Shown: piece by piece, positions 10,401 through 22,400 of the stretch
How positions within the stretch are numbered: position 1 is the first letter of the stretch
How the letters are laid out: each line of letters starts with the position of its first letter
Virus record (IMG/VR): IMGVR_UViG_3300027816_000087
Location: 25,073-89,072 of that record
Source: a virus
DNA length: 64,000 nt
Strand: one strand, 5' to 3'
Position numbers and translations under genes: made by a program
The notes under the pieces: model-generated
The model's database searches: none
What the model was told of the DNA's origin: nothing
The model's input: the letters and a program-made list of their open reading frames with translations, nothing else

Positions 10401-13400
10401 TATTTGTGTCATCTCTTTTTATTCCTTTAAGCTCAAGAATATATTCAGATAGTTTTTTAAGTTTTGAAGCACTATTAGGAGTAAGAAGCTGACGTTGATT
10501 ATCAGGATGTTCAAGAATTGTCTTTATTATTTCAATCACCCTATTTTGTAATGCCTTTTTACTATTTTGGTCTTCAATAGATCTTTTTGAAAACTCTTGC
10601 AAACTATCTTTTGTAGTAATTTCAGTTTTAAGAGCATTGTAGTCATCTGCTGCTTTATCTAATGCCACTGATAAAGCTTCAACATTTAACTGATTCATTT
10701 TTAATTCTTCATCAGCTAACATTGCTTGTTGAATATTTTTAATCTTTTTATTAAAAAGATCAGAAACTAATTTTCCTTCAATAGCATTACCTTTATAAAT
10801 AAGCTCTTCAAAATAATATAATTCTTCTTCTAATTGTTTTATTTCTTTAACACCTGTTCTTATTTCTTCTTTTAGATTATTAATAATATTTATTACAGGT
10901 TTAATTATATCTGCATATTTATCATTAATGTATCTATTATAACGATTGTTTAATTCATCTGGTGATGAACTATATTTAATGTATTTAATCTCATTAGTTT
11001 TCTTACTAATATAGTAGTTAGCTAAAAACATATTGAGTTTATCCACGTCAAAGTCAGATCCTGTTTTACCTACCATTTCAGAAGGAACAACCACCATATC
11101 TCCATATGAAGGATCTAAGAATCCTTTAATAACAATAGAGTCAATCATATTTAACCCTGATGTAGGAATACGAGAACCTATAGAATTTAATAAGTCAGCA
11201 AAATCTTTACCTTCAGGAGCAACCCAAATTCCTTCTTCGTTTTGCACAAAGCCAGCTTCTTGTGGTGTAATTCCTTTAAAGTACCAAGGAGTGTACACTT
11301 CAATGTATCTACCGTAATCAGTATTATAGAAGTTAAGATTACTAGAAGATATTGTAACAGATTCTTTTTCTTTCTTTGAAAGTTTAGAGTAATCCTCTAC
11401 ATTTTGATACACTCCGTCTTTTATATAAAGTAGCTTTCTACCCTGAGCAAACAATGTAGATGACACCTGAACATTAGCCTTACCAAACATTTCTGTTCTG
11501 ATAATTCTATTGTCAACTAGTGAATTTAAAACAGATTCAATACGTTCTCTAGCTGGGTTTGCATCTAATGGATATTTTGGTACTTCTTTATTATCATCTA
11601 TAAATGTATCAAGCATTTCAACCACATTGTCAGGAAGATTTCTTTTTATAGCTTCTTGACGTAATGTTTCCATTAGTTTTCCAACATTCTCAATATCGTA
11701 TGAACCATCTTCATTTTGTTTTAATCCAAGCTCTTGTAAAAGAGCTTCTCTTTCAATATCTAATAAAGCATTTAATACATTTTTGTATTCTTCTGCATAA
11801 GGCTTAAGACTTTCAGGAAGATCACTTAGAATAAGTTTTCTTATCTGGCTACCAAAGATTACAACATTTTTAGCATAGTCAGGGGTAGATACCTGTATAC
11901 CAAAATATTTACTGAATATATCTTGCAGGATGGGAACTTCTTTAGATATAGTTCCATCTTCATTATAAAATGGTGTAAGCTTTCCATTAGGTTTAGTCAT
12001 TGCACCCACTTTATGTCCTGATCCAAAGTCAATAATATCAACACCTTGATTTTTAGCATCAATATATTTAGACATCATCTCTGGATTGTTCTTCACTCTA
12101 CTCCAAGTTAAAGGAAACACTGAGTTTTTAAGGAAATTAATATGGGACATTCCATCAGTGTTTTGAAATCCAAAACCTTGTGGTTTTAACACTTGAAGAA
12201 TAGCTTCTGGTTTTGGTTTACTAAGAACTTCTTTAGCTTTTTGAATTTGTTCTTTAGTGTATTTAGGATTATAATAAGGATGAGATTTATCAGAACGATC
12301 AATTATTTCTAAAGCATTTTCATAATCCAATAATGCTTCTTGTTCTTTTGATAACATTCCAGATAGATATAACATATCTCTAAAATAATCAGGCATAATC
12401 ATTGCTTGACCATCAGCTTCATCCATATTAATATATGAACTAATATATGTTCCTTTACCCCCTACTATAGATTTAAGAGAACCATCTTCATTAAACTTAG
12501 CACCAATCAATTGCTCTGCTCTTTTCTTATCAACCTTAGTAGAAATATCTTTGAACAATTCTTCAGCAATATATTTTAAATAAGGACTTGTCACCTTTGG
12601 ATCAGCATAAGATATACTTCTCATTACAGGATTATCTGCATCACGAACTCTACCATCATAACGAGGTTTGTTTTGTTCCATCCAAGAAATAACATGAGGA
12701 TTTTCGCTTATAACATTCTTTTGAGAATTAGCACCACTAGAACGTTTAGCTAAGTCTTTATATAATGCAGGATGACCATAAAACAACTTATGTTGCTCAT
12801 ATACAGCAAGTTGTCTATTTACAACGAGGAATCTAGCAAGTTTGTTAAACTCCGCTTCACTCATTTCTTTAGTGTTAATACCAGATATAGCATCTGCATC
12901 TTTTGGAATACCAAGAGCTTTAAATCTGTTTAGCACATTTATAACAGTGACCCCTGCATCAATTTCAACAGTTTTAACTATTTCTTTATTTACCAACCAT
13001 TGTTTTGTTTCCTTCACTTGAGATTCAACATAATCTTTTAATATACCTTCATTCTTTACCGTGCTAACAAAGTTTTCTGTTAATGCTTCAAATATTAATG
13101 TAGCATTTTCAATTTTTGTTCTTTTAGTTATTTTAGTATCCTTAACAAGTTTTTCAAAATAATTACGAAGGTTTGATCCTTTCTCTAGTCCAGGGATATT
13201 AGAAAAATGTCCAAGCTCAAGTATTCTATCTTGATGATTCTGAATATTATTAGGATAGAAATGAAATCTTAAAGCATGCATCACCTCAGCTTTAAGAGCA
13301 TTGATATACTTATCTTCAATTAAACCAAGATTAGATATCTCACTCATTTTTACAAAGTGACCCATTTTAACTGCAAACTCACTAGACTTATCTGAATTGA

Positions 13401-16400
13401 TTACAGTGAAATAAGATCCTCTTAGTATGTGATAGATTTCTTGAATAATCTTATCATTAAAGTTAAGTTTATCAGTGTTCTCACCATCGCTTTCACGTTC
13501 TGCAGCCATACCTGATATATACTCATAATCTATTTTAACACCTTCTCTTTTTCTTCCCTTAGCATCAAATACAATACCACCAGGAGAAAGTATTTCAGAC
13601 GTAGAGTTATATGGATTTAACTTTATAATATCCCCAACCACTGTACCATATTGTGGGTTGGACATAATAAACTCTTCTAAAGTATTTGCACTATTAAGAG
13701 AATGCAATACATAAGATATTTCAGAAGGAAGTGTAATAGCATACTGAGTTTTACCATCAGCAGTTTGGTGAGAAAGCAATGTATCTTCTGAACGGAAGTT
13801 TAGTTCTAATTCAAGAAGAGCATTTAAAGGACCACCTATTAAATCAGTTCCAAATAAAGAATCATATTTAATAGTTTTATTATTTTTAACAGCATCTTCT
13901 AATACATATTTTAAACTATTATATGCATTCTTAATTATATTCTTATTAGTCTCAGAAAGATTTTCTGGTTTAGTAGATAGACTAATACCTAATGCATTAA
14001 ACGCACCTAAATGTCCTTTTACATCAGAAGCACCTAAAATATATGTAAGTCTTGGACTACTTAAGTTTATTTCAATTGTATTAGCAGGACTAATATAAAC
14101 TATTCCACCTGTATCAAGTTTTGAAATATCTACTTTGTATGCCTTCTCTTTAATACCATTTCTCCACTCTTCACGTATCTTTTCTTTTGTATTAACGCTT
14201 ACAGCATTAACGTGACGTATTTTACCATCAGCACCTACAATAATTTTAAGAGGATTATTTCTGTTTCTTGTAAAAGAAGTTTCAAACGCTACAAGAAGAC
14301 GAACATCATCATCAGAAACAATACCACCATTTTTTAATGTATCATATTTAAGTCTTGATTTTAAGTTCTCAATCCACTGATATCCATCCTTATATCTAAA
14401 TTTATAAATGGGATCTTTAAACTTCTTATCAAGCTTATTAAACATTTCTTCTAATGCACTAGTCTTTTTAAACGTACCATCTTCTTGCTTTCTCATCATT
14501 GGTACAACGTCAGAAAGTTCGTTAAGAAGAATATTCATTTTACGTTTATAAGAAACAAGAGAAGGAAGATTTAACTTATTTCTTACATCACTAACTTTTC
14601 CTGATTCATCCGTTTTATTATCTGGAAGAGAAAGAATAAGAAGTCTTACAGTGGGGTTAGTTAAACTAGTAGGATCTACATATATAACATCTCTAATCCC
14701 TAGTGTATTAGCATTTTCTTCTTTTGCTTCTATTTCAGCAATATCTTCTTCAGATTTCTTAACATCTTCAACTTGTTTAAATTTCAAGCCAAACTGAGAA
14801 AGGTAATTTTTAAATTGCTCTTTAACTTCTGTATTATATATTTCGCTATTTAAAACACGTTCTTTTTGAAAATAAAGATTGCTTGCAATTTTTTGATCTT
14901 CAGCTATTCTATATTCTCTATATTGATTTATAAATTCAGTTTGTACTTCAGGAGATGCATATTTAAATTCATCTCTTTGCATTACATCATTTAACCCTGG
15001 CATAAACCTGTTAAATATTGTAGACCAGCTAGCTTTAAACAAATCTTCAAAAATGTTATTGTCTTCATCAAACATTTTTTCAATAGTATATCCCTTAGCT
15101 TTATATGATTCATTATTAAGTTTACTAAAGAATATAGCTGTCAAGCCTTCCATAAGTTGCTGTGTAAACTCTACAGAGGTTCCACTTACAGAAGCGCGAT
15201 TGTGTTTAACAGAAGGATCAAAGTTTTGTAGTGGTGTAGCATCTTTAAATTCACCCTTAGCAATTTGACCAAATAGTTTTGTAGTTTCATCTTCTATCTC
15301 AGCCACCTTTTCTTTGGTTAATCCAAGAATCTTTTTAAGCCAATTCCAGAGTCTTCTAAAAAATGTGTTTCGTTTAGGAGATTCTGCTTTTACTTCTGTA
15401 CCTTCTTTAAGCATGTATTCTCTAAACTCTTCAGCAAGAGCTTCTTTTATAAGTCTTTTTTCATCTTGAGTTTTGTAGTTTGCTACAGCCCACAGATAAG
15501 AAGGTTGTGACTTGTAATCTTTTCTTTTCTTATATTCATCTATAAGAGCTTGTTGTTTTTCAGGAGATAGATATGCATTCCATACAGCTTCAAAAGCTTC
15601 GTGGAAACCTGTACCTTCTTCAGCAAACTTATACATGCGAATCATTCCATTAACGAATTGACCCATGTATTTACCATCTACTAATTCATCTAATATATCT
15701 AATGGAATTTGAGGAAGCACCTTACTAAGCCACTCTTTAAACTTAGCAATATCTTCTGTTTTAGTAGCAGCTGTTATTTCACCCACCCTTGCATTAGCAT
15801 CATAATCATCTTTTGGCTTAGCTTGTTTAGCCATATCCAAAAGATTTTGAGCTGAAGTTTGAGCTGATACTTGTACCTTACTTTTATATTCTAAGTTTAA
15901 TTGTTTATTATATTTGGTAGTGTATTCTTCTTTTGACAAAGGTGTAGCACCTTGAGACCTAGCTTCACTAACGTAGTCTTTATATTTCTGATTTACAAAA
16001 TCATCAAATGTAATACCACTAGCTGCTAGTGTTTTACCAACAACAGGTGCAGCTGTAGATTTTAAACTAATTGGTTGTTTAGATGCTAACGCTTTATTAA
16101 TCAAATCTTGATCAAACAAAACAAACTCGTTTTGTAAAGCCCCATCTATAGAACCTATTTCAGCTTTAATGCCAAGGTTTTGTTTAAACTCATGTAGTGT
16201 TTCTAAAGAAGGTCTTGCTTGATTTTTCTTATTAATAAACTCATCTTCTGAAATTTTTCCATATCCAAACTTTCTATCTAATAGATTTTCAGGAGATATC
16301 TCAATCTCAACTGTATATATTTCTTCTCCAGGATAAGGTTTATCTAGAGATAAGTACAATCCTTTACCTCTTTGAAATTGATTTTTAGAAGTAGGTCCAA

Positions 16401-19400
16401 CTTTTTCAGTCCTATAAGCAACTATTCTTAAGTTTCCATTAGGTAAAACAGTTATTCCTGGTTTTCTTTCTATATCAGACGTTTTAGTAACATCATAGAC
16501 AACACTTCCATCAGGATTTTCTATCTTAACAATAGTTGATAAATCTACTGTTACTCCTTTATTTCCTATACCAAGCTCATTACCACTTAAAGATATTCTA
16601 ACCGCAGACTCTCTAGTACCATCTGATAGAGTTACAAAGAACTGTCCACCTTCTCCTTGTCCTGCTTTTTGTATAGCAGCTCTCACTTCTTTTCTTTTAG
16701 CTTCTACATTAAAGACAGGAGCTGTAGAAGCTATTTCATCTTTATACTTCTCATCAATTTGCTTTAAAACATCTTCTCTTGTATCTCCAATTAATTCATC
16801 AGCAGAAGCTCCACCTGGATCATCAGCAATAGCTCTCCATCCATCTGTTACTTTTTCTATAGATGCAATTGCTTTATTTTTTCTAGTTTGTGCATCAGAA
16901 ACAGAAACTGGTGTTACAGGAGTAGATTGACTTGTAAGAACTTGAGCCACCTTAACATCATTAACTGTTTCTCCTTGTTTAGCGTATTCTTCTATGCGAA
17001 TAAATGTTTCTTTAAAACTATCTATCATTTCCAACTGAATAGATTTTCCCTGCGCAACAGTTTGAGAAAATTTATTAACAGCTTCAAATCTTTTATCAAA
17101 TTCACCTTGATAGAAGTCTTTAACTTTTTGACCATTTAAATCTGCATTAGTTAGATCTTCTCCTTTTTCATCTATAACTTGAAATATTTCATATTTACCA
17201 TTTTTATATTCAGTGTGTAAATACAATTCATTTCCATTTCTACGTCTAGTTACAAATGTAACTTTACCTTCTTTTGGAATGTTGTTTTCAATATTATAAA
17301 ATATAGATCCATCATCTGCTCTTACTTCTTTTTGATATAAAGAATATTGCTTAATGCTTTTTGGTGTTGTAGTGGGTTGATCACCAGCAGCTTGTACAGG
17401 TTCTGCTACAAATCCTGAAGCATCATATTTAAAATAAACATTTTTAAGTTGATAGTTTTGAGCCTCAGTTTTATTTTCTGAAGGAGATGTGTATGGTTTA
17501 ATATTAGTGTATAACACTGATCCACCAGGTCTTTCAGCTAAAAGATAATGTTGATAGTTAACATATTGTTTTCCTCTAACTATCTTACCATCTATCACTT
17601 TAACATCATAAAATGACTCTGTTTTGTTCTTATCATTTAATAATGTATTATTAACTTTATGATATTGAAGAGCTTCTAATATTTTATCTCTATTTTTTTC
17701 TATAGAGTCAGCTGTAAATAAAATATTAGTAGAGCCAATATTTAATCCACTCTGTACAGATAGTTGAAAAGGACTTGGTTTTTTACCTTCTTGAACAGGA
17801 GACCAATATGTAACACCTTGCAAATATCTTAAAGCTGTTTGAAACTCAGCAAGTTGCTCTTCATTAAGTCCTAATTCAGAATTCTTTTGAATGAATAATT
17901 CTGAAAGTCTTTTTAATATATTAATTACATTCTCTTGTTCTTCTGCTGTAAACTTACGATTGTAAACAACAATAGGAGGTTCACCAGGTCTAACAACCAT
18001 GGCTCTACCTGCTTTCACCCTAGTATCGTTCTTACTAATTACAATTCTTACAGGTCTACCATCAGGATGTTTAAGATTTGTAAAATCAGGATTGTCTTCT
18101 ATAAGTCTACCTTCTAAAGAAAGCTCTTGAGGACGTTGAGGTGTAGGATTACCATCTTCATCATAACCACCTACCAATGGTTCTCTATTATATATACCAG
18201 GACTTTTATCAATAATAGGTAATACAACTGTTTCACCAGCTTTTACCTTTTCTTTAATAGCATTACGTACTTGTTTAAAATAAGTTGCAAATGCTAACGC
18301 TTGTTCTTTTGTTACACGATTCTTTTGTGTTTTCTTATCGTATATAGCAAAGTTATCTTTTAACCACTCATATGTAGCATCAGCATCATCACCTAACAAC
18401 TCTTTACTACCATGCATTCCTGTATAAACCATGTTCTCTTTAGTGGGATTTTCAAGTATGTTCCCATCCATTCCAACTGGTTTAAAATTACCCATTGCAT
18501 CTCTTCTAACAACAACTAGTCTAATATCATCCTCAAATCCTTCAGATCTTAATTCTTGAAACTCCTTTGAGTCTTTTGTAACAGGCATTAAATAAAACAC
18601 AGACCCATTCTCATCACTAAGTTTAGCTGTTTCACTAAATTTAAAAAATCTAGCTTCTTGTGGTGATGTAATTTGTGTATCATTTTTATCAGCAAAATGC
18701 CTACCTGCTGTTTTAAATAAAGCATTCTCATCTAATATAGGAGCAAATGCTTCCATTTGCTTAAATGTTTCTGCTTCTTCTTCACTACCAGGTGCAATAT
18801 CTATAATAGGTTCTGTACTAAAAAGAGCATCTACTCCTTGAATCATTTCATCTTTTACAGGAACTGAATTTGGTTTTGTTATTATTTTATTTCCTTCTTG
18901 TTTTATTATTCCTTCTTTTTGTTGAATTAAATTATAACCAAGAATAATTCCTTCTTGAACAGCTTGAAGCATTCCAATTCTTTTTTCAAGAGCTGAAATT
19001 TCACCTCTCTGTTGATAGGCTAAAGTGAGTCTATCATATCTATCTTGAAGATATCTAGCTTGTTCCAATAACTCTTTAAGTTCCTTTTTAGAATCAACCA
19101 CTCTATCTACTAATTCAAATATATAAGCCAACTCCATAGAGTCGCCATCATTTAATGAATTAATAATATTCTGAATTGTTTTTTTATTATCAGCATCTTT
19201 CTCTTGTCTTTTCATTAGAACAAGCTGATTAAGAAGCTGTTTTTTATCGTTTATACCTGCAAGCGTATCAAATAAATCTGTAACACGATTAATTCTTTCT
19301 AATAGTTTATTAGAATAATCAATCATGTTTTGAAGAATAGATATTCTTTCATTAACTAAATCTAATTCAAGTTCAGTTTCATCAAGCATACCACTAATTT

Positions 19401-22400
19401 GATCTGTAGTAATACCTCTTGATGGTTTAATTATTTCTTGTTGCTGAGCTTCATTTAATCTTTCTTGTTCAGATGTGTAAATTTTACCATCAACCATTGT
19501 AAATGGTTGACCAGATTGTTCAATTTCTTCAATACCTTCAAAATAATATTCTAAAAGTTGATTTAGTACATCTTGTTGTTTTTGTAACTCTTGACTTTGA
19601 ATTTGTAAATTCTCAATTAATCGCTCAGCACTTTGAACAAGATTTATCAATACCTCTTTACGTTGTTCAAGTTCAATTCTCACCTTAGACTTTCTACCTC
19701 TTACATAAGGTTTATTTTGAAACTCTTCTTCAATTAATTCTATTTCAGCAATATAATCTTCTAATTCTTTTTTAATTTTATTATATTCTTCTTCATTTTT
19801 ATTTCTATCTACCAACAATTTATCACTCTTAGACATAACATCTTCAAGAGCTTCATTTAACATTTTTAATTGCGACTGTCTTCTAGTTTCTGTTCTTCTA
19901 CTAACAACTTCATCTTCACTTTCTGTTATATCTAAAACATCTTTTTTATTACTAGCATATTTTTTTAGATATTCTGCATTATAATAAATAGATTCTTTAA
20001 CATTTCTTACAGGGTTTATATAAACAATTTTTAAAACATATTCTCCATTTTCTTTAATTAATTCTAAACGAGCTTTAACATTTATTCCTGTAGAACTAAA
20101 ATCTTTGTTAGCATATTTACCTTTTGTATAATGTGGTTTACCAGTCTTTTTAAATACATTTAGATCAAATACAACATCTCTATTTTTAAAATATATACGT
20201 TCATGATCTGTCATTGAACTTAATGGATAAAGTTTTCCTATTTGTGAAAACTCATCCACTGACATTATTATCACTTCTTTTTCATCATTATATGTAAAAC
20301 TAATACCTCTATCATCAATAGATACAATTTTAATTATATCTTGATCATATTGTATTACTGGTACTTTTCCTTTATATATACGTTTTTTAGGACTTGATTC
20401 AGTTATATAATTCTCACCTTCTTTTATTTCAAATGTTACTTCTTTACCTTCTTTGTCTTTTGTAACAATTGTTGTTACTGCTTTAGGTGTATCATCTTCA
20501 ACTCCAGCATTTTTTTCTATTTCTTTTAAATGCTCCTCTAATTTCTTTTTCTCAACAGCTATAATTGCATCAGTTATTCTTTCTTGCATTTTAGCAAACT
20601 CAATTGGATTGGCCAATTTATTATAAGCATCAATATATTCTTTATTATCTTTATTTAATTCAATATAGTCTAATAAATTAGTATATATTTCATCCAACTG
20701 ATCTTCTTTAATTACAATATCAATTTTAGATTCTTTATTTTTAGAATTTAAATATGTAACTAAAGCTTTTTTAGCTTTATCAGATTTTAACTTATCTCCG
20801 CGTTCCATGTTAGCTAACTGAGAATAGTTTTCTTTCCATTCTTCTAAACTAGCTAATTGTTCTTTTTTTGCTTCTATTAAATCTTTTGTTGCATTGTCTT
20901 TTGTTTCTTGAGACTCTAAATTTTTAATCTCCATTTTTAGAAGATCTATTTCTGCCTCTGTATTTTTAGTAGCGCCAATATTTCTAAATGCTATAGCTGC
21001 TGTAGATCCTAATACAGGAACACCAGCCATTTTAACTTGCAATTCTCCAGCGCGCATTGTAGCTTTTCTAGCTTTGTAATCAACTGTGGCAAGCACTTCA
21101 ATAGCATCATCCAAAGCTCGTTTAGCTCTTAATGCTGTTTTTCTCTCAGGTGTACCTTCTTTATAAAGTTCAGGAATAACTAAATCACCAAAACGATTTT
21201 TTAAATCTCTCCATGTTTTATGAAAATCAATAACATTATCAGCAATCTTATTAAAGAATTCTTTAGTTGAAGCTACGTTTTCTTCTGTCTTATCAAATCC
21301 AAAAGCTTCTTTAAATTCATTATCATTAAAAGCATCCCCGTAGGCACGAATTGTTTCAATAACACCATCAATCATATCTGTCTTAATAGCAGCAGATATC
21401 ATTTTAGCAAATGCTGAATCTTTATTATTATGAAAAACATATGCATCTCTATTAGCAATAGCCTCTTGCATATTTTGTGCAGTTTTGTTCTGCACTTTGA
21501 CATTAGCTATATGCTCAGGTAGATACTTATTAGGATTTTCATAAAAAGCATTAAGGGCTTGAATACTTTCTGTAAGTTGTTTTTTTCTTTCTTTTACTTG
21601 TAGTGGATCACTGCCTATTTTTTCTTTTGCTTTACCAACAGCAAAATTAATAGGTGATAACAATCTACCTGTTAAAGCACCCATTAAGAATGTCTTTAAG
21701 CCTTGTGTACTATACTGTTCTTTAGCAGCTTTACTTATGTAGTCAGTTAATTCAGAACCTTTTGCTCCATGATACAAATCATAATAATAATCTTGTAAAG
21801 CTTTATTTGATGTTTCTTGAAAAAGTTCTTGAATACCTTCACTTGCTTCCCATTTAAATACATTTCTACCTACAGACTTAGTTGCTTCCCAAGCTGCTTT
21901 TTTAACACCAAAATCTTTAGAAATTTCAGAAAACAAACCTAAAGTTCCTAATGTACCTTTTTCATACACTTTAGTTAATGATTTACCAACACCTTCTTTT
22001 GCAGCTGCTTTACCAGAAACTTTTAAAACATCTTCAGCAAACTCAGAAGTTCCTTCACCTAACACTTTTCTACCAAAAGAAAACTTGGTAAATAAGTTAT
22101 CAAATTGAAGTCTATTAGCAAGCATTAAAATACCACTATTTACTTGAAAGTTATCAAATGCTGCATCTTTAGCTATTTGTTCTATAGCAGTTAATTTATC
22201 AGGTGTAGGAGCTTCACCTGTTTTAAATAACTCTTCATCGTATAGTTTAGTATAAAGATCACCATATGTACCAGCTGCTTCCATTCTAGCTTCTGTCATT
22301 GCCATATTAGCTTCTGATAAGAAACGTCTCACCCCACCTAATCCAATAGCACCTAGTTGCAAAGCTCCAGCTCCTGCTTTACCATACTTAGCTAGTGCAT

